Source of the DNA: the human T2T-CHM13v2.0 reference genome, Homo sapiens
Length of the DNA stretch: 64,000 nucleotides
NCBI RefSeq assembly: GCF_009914755.1
Contig: NC_060942.1
Strand: one strand, 5' to 3'
Part shown: piece after piece, positions 1-12,249 of the stretch
Numbering within the stretch: position 1 is the first letter of the stretch
How the letters are laid out: each line of letters starts with the position of its first letter
Program-made: the position numbers and the translations under genes
Notes under the pieces: model-generated
The model's input: only the letters and a program-made list of their open reading frames with translations
Database searches by the model: none
Told to the model about the DNA's origin: nothing

Positions 1-370
1 CCACCGCCGCCCCAACCACCGGCCCCGCCGCCATCACCACCACCGTCACCTCCGCCGCTGCCTCCTTGGGGCCCTCCTCCTTCACCGCCCCCTTAGCCAC
101 CTCTACACATTCTAGGCTTTCTGTCCTGGAGAAGAAGCTATAATCGGTTTCCTTGTGGGCCCGGTGCGCAGCCATGGCGGACGGTGGCGGCGGCGGCAGC
201 GGCGGTGCGGGCCCGGCCTCGACCCGGGCCAGCGGGGGCGGCGGCCCCATCAACCCGGCCTCGTTGCCCCCTGGCGACCCTCAGCTCATCGCTATCATCG
301 TGGGGCAGCTCAAGAGCAGGGGCCTTTTTGACAGCTTCCGCCGGGACTGCAAGGCTGACGTGGACACCAA
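1..370. promoter_or_regulatory. CpG-rich island carried in with the retrocopy
   Basis: Dense CpG and CCG/GGC runs, in contrast to the CpG-depleted remainder of the window. Confidence 0.6.
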
Positions 371-692
371 GCCAGCTTACCAAAACCTGAGCCAGAAAGC
401 GGATAATTTTGTGTCGACACATCTGGACAAGCAGGAATGGAATCCTCCAGCAAACGACAACCAACTGCACGATGGTCTGAGGCAGAGTGTGGTTCAGTCA
501 GGGAGGTCAGAAGCTGGAGTGGACAGGATTAGTTCTCAGGTGGTGGATCCAAAACTAAACCACATCTTCAGGCCACAAATAGAACAAATAATTCATGAAT
601 TCCTGGTGGCCCAGAAAGAAGCAGCTGTGCCAGCACTCCCTCCAGAGCCAGAAGGCCAGGACCCTCCAGCTCCGTCTCAGGACACTTCCTAA
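174..692 (+). CDS. BOD1L2: Biorientation of chromosomes in cell division 1-like 2 (BOD1 retrogene, 172 aa, COMPASS Shg1-like domain)
   Basis: Uninterrupted ORF from a strong Kozak ATG (gcagccATGG, 174) to TAA at 690-692. The protein MADGGGG...[27 protein letters not shown]...PAPSQDTS is colinear with BOD1 and has no introns. Confidence 0.93.
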   Translation: MADGGGGGSGGAGPASTRASGGGGPINPASLPPGDPQLIAIIVGQLKSRGLFDSFRRDCKADVDTKPAYQNLSQKADNFVSTHLDKQEWNPPANDNQLHDGLRQSVVQSGRSEAGVDRISSQVVDPKLNHIFRPQIEQIIHEFLVAQKEAAVPALPPEPEGQDPPAPSQDTS

Positions 693-1436
693 GAATATGC
701 CTGACAGCTTTTGAAAGCGCTATTTAATTTTTGGTGAAGAAATGGATTCGGTTACATAAGAGTGCAGTTTCAGATTGAAGATAAGCCAAGTTCATCACTG
801 AGCTCAAGATTTCCACCTCGACCATGAGCAGTGACCAGATTGAAAGGGAAGCAAGTTCGCCAGAGAGAAAGTTGACCGTGGCACCCTCCTGCATTGCGCT
901 GCCATTTGGCCAGCCTTTCCAAGGGCATGACACCAAACACACACTACAGAGAGGGAAACACTACCGCGACCCAGGATTGTCCTGAAACAGACATCTATAC
1001 TTGAACATGGAGACTGCACATGGATTTTAGGGTTTGTGCTCTGAGATAAACGAAAGCTACAGCGAGAGAACATAACCAATCCCAAAGACAATTTCAAAGA
1101 ACAATGACAGTAAAGGTTAACTGGGAGGAATATTTGACAGTACTTATTTGATATTGTCTCTCAGAGTTGCAAACTAGATTGTACACAACATTAGTGTCAG
1201 ATAGCTTTGAAGTTGTGACCTTCTTGTACATGAATCTTCTAGCCAGTTTCCTTTCCTTTGTAAGAGATAACAAAGCATGAAACCCTAGAATGAGTGAGAA
1301 GTTCAGACATTAGGTATAAGGAAACTCATTTGCAGACTCTCTGTCCAAGAATGCTTCCTGTCTTGCAGGGGCTAGTGAGTCTTGGGTGTGTTTATGTTAT
1401 GCTCACATTTGTGTTTTATTTGAAAAGTGGATGGTC

Positions 1437-1442
1437 AATAAA
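1437..1442 (+). terminator. Polyadenylation signal inherited from the parental mRNA
   Basis: AATAAA about 20 nt upstream of the A-rich tail remnant. Confidence 0.7.
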
Positions 1443-1699
1443 TGGCTTATCTTTCAACTGCAACAACAAAAAAGAAATGCAGATTTACATCCTTTTCCTC
1501 TTTAAGCTCCGTCAGTTTTCTGATATTTCTAGAAGGTCAGACACCTGGCATGGTTTATGAGGCCCGTGATAATGGGGCCCCTGGTCACCTCTGCTGCCCC
1601 GTACACTGTCATTTCTCATATGACAACCATGCCCATGACTATCCTGGACACCCTGTGTTCCCTCTGCTCACTGTGAAGGGAATGCCCTCAACCACTCCT

Positions 1700-2205
1700 A
1701 CCCTCCTTTAAGACTCAGCTCCTGAGGAGCCACACATCGTCTAAGCAGGAGTGACAGACTCCTTCCTCTGTGCTCCCATAGATCTCATAAGGGATGACCA
1801 CACTTACTATAGTAGCTAGGTCTGACGAAGCACTTGCTCTATTGCTCTACAGCTGGCAGTGTACTAAACGCTTAACTTCGCTTACCGTAGTAAGTCCTCA
1901 TGATCTAATTGAAGAAATCGTATCTTTATTCCCATTTTTATTCCCATTTATAAATGTAGAAACCAAAGCTCAGACACTGCCTAAGTGGTGGGGCTGGGGC
2001 TGAGCCTGTATTGAGCACAGAGCCCTCACTTTTAACCCTTTTAACCATGCTTTTAGCCACACCACCTCACCACAGTGAACTGTCTTTGCTTACAGATCTG
2101 TCATCCCCACTTAAATGTGAGCTTCCTCCAGGGCAGGGATTTGCTTTGTTCATTTCTTTTCCTTAACCCCAGGACCTAGCACATCACAGGAGCTCAGCAA
2201 TTTGT
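1700..2205. mobile_element. L2 fragments with a MIR fragment
   Basis: L2 3'-end motifs (tgtgagcttcctccagggcagggat...cctagcac) and a MIR core (cccatttataaatgtagaaaccaaagctcaga). Confidence 0.55.
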
Positions 2206-2863
2206 AGAAAGAAACCAGTTCTGGATTTGTCTTTTCCAACATTTAATTTCTCAGATGGCAGTATTTATCATCTAAAAAGTGAACAAAAATTAATTTTGCA
2301 TCTAGTGTCTACATGTCTAAGCAAGAAAGAGCTTTCTTATCCCTGGAGGTATTTTATCTGTAATGTTTACCTATGAGCTATTTTAAATGATTCTTCAAAA
2401 TTTAGAGTCCAGAAGGTAGAAGACCATGTCCTTTCTGAAAATGTCCCTTCCTTTCCCAGGTACCAGGCTCTTTTTAAAATTAGCTTCTGAATATGAACAA
2501 CCCAGCTCTTTAAAGTTTAATGTCCCAGCCATTTTAATTGTTTCTTTCGAAGTACAAAAGAGCAGCTGGGCCACATCGGCACTAATCACTTGCCAACTTT
2601 CCTTTTTACAAAAACAGCTAAGCTCTTTCTGAGATTTAAAATCACTCCATCTGAGACCCCAGCTTGGCACCTATCTTTGCACTAACATAAAAGGAACCTA
2701 ATTTCTGCTTTTAAGAAATGTGTTGCGGAAGTGATTTTTGGTTTGGGGTTTGTTCTCCTTCTTCTTTTTAAAAATAACGTAATAAAGTGTAATACAACTT
2801 TTAAAGTTTTTTTTTTCCTTTACCAGTTCTCTATTCTCCTTTTCTACTTGAATTGTCCTGAGA

Positions 2864-3049
2864 CAGGTTGCCAGATAAAATACAGGTTGCTCAGCAAATG
2901 TGAATTTCAGAGAAACAACAGATACTCTCCTAGGGCATGGACCGTGCAATATTTGAAACATACTTGTATTAAAAAGTTATTTGTTGTTTATTTGAAATTC
3001 AAATTTACTGGGGCCCCATGCTTTAGTTTGCCAAATCTGCCAACCATAG
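2864..3049 (+). mobile_element. MER53 hAT MITE (palindromic)
   Basis: Termini caggttgccagataaaatacagg...aaatctgccaaccatag; internal inverted arms tgaatttcagagaaacaac / gttgtttatttgaaattca. Confidence 0.85.
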
Positions 3050-3449
3050 CCTGAATGCTTCCCGTTCCCACCATGAGTTTGGCAAATGGAAAATGCTAAC
3101 CTATGCGATGGACACTGCTGTATTCTGAAAATGAATATGTAAATAAATCAAACTACCGTGACTTGAGAGAGCTCATTACGTGCGTGCGTGCATGCCTGCC
3201 CACTGGTCCCTGCTAAATAATTCCCTTCTTGCAATCCAGAAGGATAAATAAATGTAATTTCTGGAATTCTATACATTCTTATCAATGAACTACAAGTATT
3301 TATTGAAAATGTCTATGTTTTGGGAAGACTTGGAGTCCAAAGGGGTAGGCGATACAGTCACTATCCCCAGAGTCACAGTTTAGTTTCATGAAGCAAGAAA
3401 GAAAATGATTTTAGTTGTAATCCTAATAATGAGTAAAGAGAGTTTCAGG

Positions 3450-3678
3450 GAAGGAATACAGCAGTAGACACCAGTGAGATAGAAAGAGCACGACAGAGAG
3501 AGACAGACAGAGGGAAAGAGACAGAGAAACAGAAATACAGAGACAAAGAAGAAACAGAGAAAAAGGGAGGGAGAGAGACAGAGACAAAGATATAGACAAA
3601 CAGAGACAGAAAGAGGCAGAGAAGCAGATACAGAGAGAGAGAAACAGGGGCAGAGAGACTGAAAAAGAGACAGAGAGA
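3450..3678. repeat. GA-rich low-complexity tract
   Basis: Degenerate (GAGACA)/(GA)n array. Confidence 0.85.
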
Positions 3679-4514
3679 TGTGCGTGTTTCCTTTTTAAGC
3701 TGCAGGGTGACTCTTCCATTCCCCCTTCCTCCTCCCCCACTCAGATCTCTGGGCTGGGTGGGTCCTGGGGTCTGGGCGGAGTCAGCACCTGTCACAGGCA
3801 CGCCCCCTGGGGCACCATTTGGCCCTGGGTCTGAAATTGATTCTTTCTGGATTTCAGGGCAGCAGCAGCAGGCAAGAGCTCGGCTGTCACTTCCAAGACT
3901 TTTATAGACTCTGACAGCAACGCTGCTCCTTGTCTTTTGTCTTTTGTATTCTGTTTGTGTTCAGCCTCTAATCCACGTGGGGAATAACATGCGGGCCTGC
4001 AGGGGAGGGCCTGCCTGTGGGCCATGTGCCAGCAGGACAATCTGCGGAGACTGGGAGGCCAGCTCCCCTCCCAGGCTTCCTTTTTGATTCACACACGTGC
4101 TCTGGGATCTCCTTTGCAGGAAATGATTTCTGGGCCCACCTCCTGGCAACTTGGAGGGCAAGGACCCTGCACCCCAGGCACTTCTAGGCTTGGGAAAATA
4201 AGTATCTAAGATAGGCAGGCCAGTGTAGAATGAGAGTTACAGAGGTGAGTACATGTGGCTTCATAGCAGGGAGTGTTTCCTAGGACTGAAGTGTCTTTGG
4301 GGTCTTTGAAGAGGAGAGATGTGAGTAGCACCTGGAAAGAAAGGATAGGCTAAGCTGGGATGGTGCCCCCAAAAGGCAAGGCCAAAGGAAGGCGCAGGAG
4401 AGAGGGTTGGGAATGGCAGGAGTGGCTGGCGGCAGGGAGCAAGTGGTTGGAGAATCTTCACACTCTGATTTGAATGGTTCCCCATGCAGGAAACCAGGGT
4501 GCACCTGAGGTTGA

Positions 4515-4706
4515 GGACTTCTCAAACTTGAGTGAGCATCAAGGTTAACCAGAGGGTGGTACTGATTGAAATACACATTACTGGGCCCACCCTTAGAGTT
4601 TCTGATGCAGTGGGTCTGGGGTGAGGCCTGAGACTCTGCATTTCTAACAAGGTTCCCAGTGATGCTGGTGCTGCTGCCCCAGGCAACCACACCTTGAGAA
4701 CCATTG
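4515..4706. mobile_element. MER5A (hAT-Charlie)
   Basis: ttctcaaactt...gtctggggtgaggcctgagactctgcatttctaacaag...ttgagaaccattg. Confidence 0.8.
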
Positions 4707-7700
4707 TGTAGCGGGCACTGCCCGGAAACCCAGAACCGCTTCCCTCTGCATCCATTCCCTCTCCACTTCCTGGAACTGGCTGTTTTCCAGATTCTTACTA
4801 AACACAATAGGTGATGTTGACTAATTACCCATTTTTGTTTTGTTTTGTTGGGCAGGAAGAGAGGAGGAAGAAGATAAATTTACCAGGTTTCTTTTTCCAT
4901 CTACTCAATCTTTGGAATTTCAGTTATCATTTCTTGGGTACTCTTCCCACCCCTACTGCCAATCCACAGATAATTACGAACAGCCAGCAGGTCTAAATCA
5001 CTGCACTCGTCTCTCCTCTTCTTTGCCCCTCCAGTGAATGCGCCAACAATGAGTGGTGACAGCAGATTTGGGCAGTTTCTAGGAAGCCTGATGGTTAAGC
5101 ACATTCTTTCTGTTCCCCATCCCTCGGTGTGACTCAAAATCACAGAATCAGAAGAGGGAGAATGGGATTCTATTCAGATTGCAGCTTTAGCTCCATCATT
5201 GGTTGTGGGCAGCTATAGGTATAAGGGGTAGGCTCTATGACTGAGAAAATGAATGTCATTCAATGAGGGTCTCACTAGACCAAGGGGCAGTGGTGTGCGA
5301 TCCAGCTGGAGCCCGTGTGGAAGGAGTTTGTGTTGCTGACTGGTGAGTGCCCATTGAAGAGTTGCCTGCTCAGTGATGTTTCAGTTGCATATTTCTTGCT
5401 GCTTCCTCTAAATTGTTTTTTTAAATCCTAGTCGTAAAAATCATCCTACCTCAAAAATATTAAACAGGTGCCAAAAATGGGGAACAATCACATGCCTTCT
5501 ATTTTGGACAGCATGGAAGAGGAATTTTCCCCACTTTCCACAGCAGAGCATTTGAGCTGGAGCACCATTGCATGGTCTGGTAACCACCAGCTGTGGCTGT
5601 GCATGAACACAACTAATCTGGCCTAAGAGGAGACCAAGAAAAGGGAAGCAATATTATTAGAAGTGGTATGAGAAGAGAGGCGGGAAGATCTCTGGGAGGT
5701 ATCAGGAGTGCCATGGGCTGAGATGGGAAGGGGTTGGCAACCTACAGAGTATGGGCATGGAAGTCAGTTATCCAACGCTCTCTACTCTCAGGCCACATTC
5801 ACAGTCCTCCCCAAGGCAAGCCAGGACAGACTCTGTAGAGCATCTCTGAAACCCCACCCAACTAGGAAGAAAGAAATCCCTCGCACGAAGAGTTCCAGTG
5901 ATTTAATACGCACAGTAGGTTGCAGCTTAGCTCTCTTCGCCCTCAGCTCCCACTAAGATTTTTCTCTCCCTTGCCCACTCTTCTCCTTCGTTCCTCCCTG
6001 GTCCTTGATCTCTCAAGGCAGGCAGCCTCCTGCTCTCTGGAGAGCTAGTAGCTGGGCTGTGAATGGGTTTGTGAGAACACGATTTCCTTCAGGATGGAAA
6101 CAGATGATTTCCAGGTTTCTGGATTGTGGTGCTGTTGCACAGATCCTCTTTTTACATTCCTGTCCTGGACTGTAGATGGAACATAGGCTGAACGTGAATG
6201 GCAGGGAGTCAGTGGCATCCTCAACATGGGAAGAGCCCTGTGCTGGGAGGCTGGAGACCTTGGCTCTGGTCACGGCCATCTACATAACCTGCCTGGGACC
6301 TTTGGCTGCCAACGTAGCCTCCTGGGCCTCAGTTTCGTCATCCTCCTGAAATGCTCACCTATGGCGCCCGCAGCAAAGAAGGCAACAGTTTTAAGATTCA
6401 ACTTCTGAAATCCCCTATTGTGACCTGGAAGGGCTAGGTGAGGCCTTGGGCCCTCTCTTAGGAGCTCATGTTGATTCCTTAAGTTAGTTCATTGTATCCT
6501 GACACTGAAGGGATGAGATCAACCAGTGCGTGGGTTGTAATGGCTGCATGTCCTCTTAAGAGGCCAGAGGATGGAGGCTAGTCGGGTGCTGGGGGATCAG
6601 GAAGCGCCAGAGGCTGCGTTGAGGAAGGAGGTGCTGGATGGTCAGGGGACTTAGCACCTCTCCCTCCTCCCTCGTGGCTCCCACAAAATACCACCCTCCA
6701 CCTGAGAAATGTCTACCCCAGAGAATGCATTGATTCCGAAATACTCTATTTCATTGTTTTTATTTGTCAGCATACCAAACAGACGACCATACTGAGTGAG
6801 AAAATAATTCCAGGCAAAGTTAAAAATACTTTTGGGGGTTAGCCTATACAGCTTATTGTGGATAAATATATTTCTTTTTCCCTTTTCAAGGATTGGAAAT
6901 AGGCCATGGACTCCGGCTTTTGGGCCCATCCAGGGTCTGGGAAGCTCAGGTTGGGAGGATAAATTTCTAGATGAAAAGCAGGAGGAGGGCTCCAGAGTAG
7001 AGAATGGTGGATTCTCATTTGGGGGCTCCTGCACCCATGGCTCACCTCTCTAGAGGCCTGTCCCCATTGTTGGTGCAGGGAGCGGTGGTCTGTGCAGGGC
7101 CACCACGCAGGGGCCCTTTGAGTAGTGGGCTTCCAGGCAGCCCTCCCTACTCTGGCACTTCCTACTTCAGCTGGTTCTTGGAACACAGCCCTTCTCTCCA
7201 GATCTCTGACATAGGCTAATTGCTTGTAACAAAACTTGGCCTTAGAAATGTCAGGCATAATGGGAAGGGGGAGGAGGAAGAAGAAGAGAATCAAAAACAA
7301 CAAGAGGAATTTGGCAGAAGCCACCGCAGAGGGTGCAGCCTCTGTGGCTCCCAGGGCCGGCCAGGTTCATTAACGGATGTGGATTTAGAAGGTCACCACC
7401 TTGTACAGGCAGTTGCTCCAGCCCGGCAGACGCCAGGTAGCTAGCTGTCATGAGAACACCTTGGAAAGGGAAAGGAAGTGTCAGTGGGCCTCACAGCACT
7501 TCAGAGCCGCTCCGGGGCCTGGCCGAGGCTCCTGCCCTCCTCCAAATAGCAAAGTCAAACATTTATTAAGCCAGTTCCTTCCAGTCCGCTGGGCCCATTG
7601 CTGACAGGAGGGAGGTTCCTTCGAAAGCCTGGCCTTGACTCAGGAAGGCCATGGGGGCACTCTCGTGACCTCTTACCTCCTGCTGTGGCTGCTCTGGGGG

Positions 7701-8199
7701 GCACAGGACTGGCAGCTGAGAAAGGACAAGTGTGACCTTGGGTCTGCCCCCCAGACATGTTATTTTCAGTACTTTACTGATCTCTGTTTTTAGATCCTTG
7801 TTTTCACAGTCGTCCAAAAATCGGACAAAGCTGATTCTCACTAAAGCATTAATAACAATGGGACTTGGCTTCTGGAGTCTGTGCATTTTCAGTAGAAAGA
7901 CCTGGCCAGGGGCACTGCCCCAGGCAAGGGGAAGCTGGGGCTTCTTGGCTCAGCCTCAGCTTCTTCCTTGGCTTTTCTGCCCCTTCTGCAGTGAGCCCAG
8001 CCCAACGCTAGCCCTGTGGGCTCTATGAGGCCCCAAGCTGGACCAGAGGGTGTGTGCATTGCGGGGGACTGGGAGGAGTCTGATTCTCCCCGTGCAGATG
8101 TCAAAGTCAAACATTTCTGAGGTCAGTTCTTTGCCCCTTTGCTGAAACCCTATTGTGTGTTCGGAGTCAGATCCTTGGCACACAGCTAAACCCACCCAG

Positions 8200-8450
8200 C
8201 TTGTATGCTGCGGTTCTGGGTGGATGGTGTGGAGATTCAAGGCCAGGCTGCCTGGGTTTTCTTTCTATCCCTGCCACCTCCCAGCTGGGCAAGTCACCTT
8301 CCCTCTTTATGCCTCAGTGTCCTCGCCTGTAAAATGGCGAGTACGTACCCACCTCGTGGAGTTATGATGAAGATTAAATGAGATGTGAAACACTGAAGAA
8401 CAGGGTCTGGCACCAGCAAGTGTGATAGAAGAGTTTATTAGTAGTGTACA
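8200..8450 (+). mobile_element. MIR SINE
   Basis: Core gggcaagtcac...gcctcagtgtcctcgcctgtaaaatgg...gaagattaaatgagat. Confidence 0.7.
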
Positions 8451-8809
8451 TTGCTAATTGTCTGAAATCTTTGCACTCCAATTATTAAGGGCAGCTCTCC
8501 TTTCCCTAAAAACCCACTCTTAGGAGAGGACCTGATTGCACAGCATCATCCGGTGGGGATTTATTGAGCATCTACTGTGTGGTGTTAGGTGCAATGTACA
8601 CAAAAAAGGGCAAGGCCTCCACAGATGCCAGCCTTCCAGCTTCCTTGATGGAAGCAGGCTTCGCACTCGGCTTCCAGCCAGCATGTGTTTGGAGAGCTCC
8701 CTGGGTGGTGAACAGGGCTGGGGCAGCCACAGGCTAGGAATGGGTGGAGGGCTCGGTCCTGGCTGCTGTCAGGTGCTGGAGCCGGGCACTCCTCAGGATA
8801 AAAGTTGCT

Positions 8810-9200
8810 TTTTAAGGGTGAAAGAGACATATCAACTAAATTCAATATGTAGACTTTATTTGGATCTTGTTTTGAACAAACCAATCATAAAACCACATTT
8901 TTCAGATAACTGGGAAAATTTGATCACAGAAGGGTTGTTAGGTGTGACAGTGGTATTGTGGTTGTGTTTCAACAAGTCTTTCTTGATAAGAGAGACACTT
9001 TTAAGTGTTTATAGATGAAATAACACAATGTCTGCAATTTGCTTTAAAATACTTCAGTGGGGTTGAGAGGAGGAAGGATGTGGCCAGACTGATCAAACGT
9101 GGATAATTGTTGAAGCTGGGTAACGCTGCAGGGGGATTTGTATCACAATTCCATTTTTGTGTCTTTGAGAATTTCCATAATAAAAAGTTAAAAATAAAAA
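8810..9200 (+). mobile_element. Old L1 (L1ME/L1MC-like) 3' UTR fragment
   Basis: Typical 3' end ...tgttgaagctggg...aatttccataataaaaagttaaaaataaaaa. Confidence 0.7.
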
Positions 9201-10589
9201 CACAATGGAGATGCAGCTGCTTTGGTCCAAGCAGGGCCCCATGTGACCCTCAAGCCTCATGGGTGGGCAAAGTCACCTGTTCCTTATACTTGTGGCCCCA
9301 GCCTAACCTCCTCCTCTTTGTCCTTACAGTGAGTGCACACTTCAACAGTGAAACTGGTGGCTATGGAGGCAGGAATTCAGATTTTTGAAGGAGATCTGCA
9401 AGGAAAACCTGGGATGGGGAGGGTCCCATCTTCAGGCTGAGCTCCCCAGGCTGTGTGAGGCCTTCACTCTTGCCCCACTGACCTGGCACTACAAAGACTA
9501 TCTGGGCCAAGGAATTGCTCTTTCACAGCCTTAGGCACATGCGAGGAAAGGCTTCTACTGCCTTAAAGGCCCCTGGGTCCCTCACCTCTGTCACTGTGCC
9601 ATTTTCTCTAGAAAAGCCTATCACCGGAGTGGCGGGCAGTCCCATCCAAGCCCCAGGGAGGTCCTCCAGGCTTCCTTGCTGGAGGGATCCTTTTCCTGAA
9701 TGTCTGGAGATCTCTATTGCTTTGGAAGTATCTACCTGCATATCTTAGATGCTGGCTCACACCCCCAGAACATCTCTAGAAAGTTACTGGAGATCTCTGT
9801 TCTTCTCCTTCTCTCCTTCTCTGAGCCTACTCCGCACACTCCCATTTCAGAGCTTGGGAGAGCGGGCAATGTTTACCACTGTGCACAAGAAAACCCTACT
9901 GGGTTGAGGTGGACTGGATGATCCATCTCAGAGGATTAGAGGTCTCCAAGCCAATACTACTATTAGGATTTGGAGGCACTCTTCTGTGACCTGATTTGTG
10001 TCATCCTGGACAATTCCTTCTACCTCTTTTGAATCCAACTGCTCTCCTTTGAAGGACTGGAGTGATAGGAGATCTGGCTGCAGGACTCTGACTGGTGGCC
10101 AGGAATCCTTATTCCCATGGTCCTTCAAGACTGAGAGTTGAATGGTGCCCAGGTTAATGCTGCACCTCATACCCATGGCGAAAGGAGATGTGGGTTTTGA
10201 TCAGATCTGCTAGAGTCTGCATTCCAAAACCTTCCTAACAATCCTCTTGATGTCAACAAATCAATCAGCAAGGATCGGTTAAGCCAGCTGCTCCCCAGGC
10301 AGCTATATTTCTTGCCGTTTGGAATCTTATTCTGTCTACCTATAATTCTGGTTTCTCATGTCATGCTAGCGGCAAGTGGAGGAGGGGGGCATGGATAGGA
10401 GGGAATTGAAGGTTGTCTGGCTGGAGCCCTTCCTAAGCAGTTGCTGGCAGTCTAGCCCAGGTCCCTCTGGCATTGGTTGTGTGTTCCCTTTGGTGTCTGG
10501 CAGAGTCACTACCCATAACCAGTTTGGTGTGGGGGTTACAAGGACTGCTGTGGAGCCTCTGGGGTCAGGACGCTTGGAGCCCACTCCCA

Positions 10590-10770
10590 GCTCAGCTGTT
10601 GACTAAGGTTCTACGTGCTATGGCTGCCATTTAACCTTTCTGGGCCTCAGTTTTCCCATTTGTGAAGTGAGGATAATAACATCCCCTACCTCAGAAAGTT
10701 TTTTGATAAGAATTAAATGAGTCAAGCTCTCAGAAAACTGCCTGGCATGAGATAAGGGCTCAAAATCTCT
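10590..10770 (+). mobile_element. MIR SINE
   Basis: gcctcagttttcccatttgtgaagtgaggataataac...aattaaatgag. Confidence 0.7.
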
Positions 10771-11149
10771 CAGTTGGGGTTACGACTGCTCACTTGCTGC
10801 CTCCCTCATGCCCTGTGACTTCTGACTAACTGTCTCCAGCAGGTGAGATTGTGATGGGAGTGGAGGGTGCAGAGTTATTGCATGGTGGGAGAAAAGAGAA
10901 AGCAGTGTTAGTTATTTTATTAGATCGCAAGACAGGAAAGAAGCCTGCATCCTGAGTTCTACCCAACACCCCTGGGAGCAGCCCATCCCTGCATCTCTCC
11001 TTGGCCACAGTCCTAGGGCCATGTTCAGGGCAGGTCAGCTCTTTCTGCTGACTTCTGTATTAGGTCCCTCACCTAGCTACTGCCACTTAACTTTTTCCTT
11101 GGCAATTAACCCAAGAAAACTGCCTGGGAGGGGAATTTGTTTCCTTGAA

Positions 11150-11585
11150 TGCCACATTTGCTAGGTGTCTATTTTGTGCTCCCACTTGGCCAGGTTCTGG
11201 GGACCCGTGAATGCATAAGACAGAGACCCAAAGTCTCCCCAGGCCTCAAAGTCTACCGGCCCCATAGCTCTCATCCTCCAGCCTCACCCTCTCCAACCCA
11301 GACATGCACCAAGCACCCTCAGAGCCTTCACCCCTTCTCTCCCCTGAGCTCAGAGCCCTCTCCCCAACCACATAGATACACACGACTCCCTCCCTGGCTT
11401 CCTGCAGGTCTGTGTATGAAAGTCACCTCCTCAGAGAAGCCTTCTCTGATTTCACTCTTTAAATCAACCCTCCACAATCTGGTCTGGTCCCTGCCTTTTG
11501 GTCTTCATGGAGCTCATCACTCACTACTTGACATTCCGTTATCTATTCATGGGATTTGCTTTTTATTTGTCTCTCCCAGAATTGA
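11150..11585. mobile_element. L2 fragments
   Basis: gtcacctcctcagagaagccttctctga and related L2 motifs. Confidence 0.55.
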
Positions 11586-11594
11586 ATAGATATC

Positions 11595-12085
11595 AGATAT
11601 TCTTAACATTTTTGTGCTCCATGACCCCATTGATAGTCTGGGGGTCTGCAGATCATCCCTTTTCACAGTAAGGTTTTATAAATACATAAGACAAAACACA
11701 TAGTATCACAAAAGAAACCAACTATATTGAAATATGGTTATCAAAATGTAAAAGAAATCTCAAATTTATGATACAAGGATTACATATGCTTATTTGTTAA
11801 TACATAAAATAAGAGAATCTAAAACTGGCCTCCCAATTTCTACTTTTAAGGTAATGCTATTTCCAATAAATATTTCTAAACCTATAAAAGAACTATAATG
11901 TGATATGACAAGACTGATTTTTATTAATAACAAAGCCACAGGCACTGCTAATACTATTGTGGTTTGTTGCCTAAATTCATAATTGAAGAAAAATGCCACA
12001 TTTTTGCAAGTGTAGTGAAAATGAAACTGCATTTTCTGCCCCACTCAAGTTCAAGATTCCCTTGAGTTCTTCAGGTCAGGTTGAG
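11595..12085 (+). mobile_element. MER119-like hAT-Charlie DNA transposon
   Basis: Start cagatattcttaacatttttgtgctccatgacccc; interior aaagaaaccaactatattgaaata matches the recalled MER119 consensus. Confidence 0.65.
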
Positions 12086-12249
12086 CTCTTTAGGCCACAG
12101 GTATTGTTTTCTCTCCTGCTAGCACCAAAAACCATGCCTGGAACATCACCGGTGCTCAATAAATATTTCTGGATGTTACAATCTGGTAGTTAAAGGGTTA
12201 AAATTCGTTCCCCAATTTTCACATTCATTTTAATAATAAAATGATAACA

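Larger units (their letters stand above)
1..1477 (+). other. Retroposed BOD1 mRNA copy (5' UTR, CDS, 3' UTR, poly(A) remnant); 5' end lies upstream of the window
   Basis: GC-rich UTR-like leader, intronless CDS, AATAAA at 1437-1442, then caacaacaaaaaagaaa (1461-1477), then a switch to L2/MIR-containing genomic sequence. Confidence 0.8.

Noticed and set aside
153-173. N-terminal extension MWARCAA in the ORF track
   Set aside because: It starts at TTG; the homologous start with a strong Kozak context is the ATG at 174.
138-470. 110-aa antisense ORF and the alternate-frame ORF 184-390 over BOD1L2
   Set aside because: By-products of GC-rich coding sequence; no recognisable homology.
3423-3801. 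Ser/Leu-rich hydrophobic ORFs
   Set aside because: Translations of the GA/CT low-complexity repeat.
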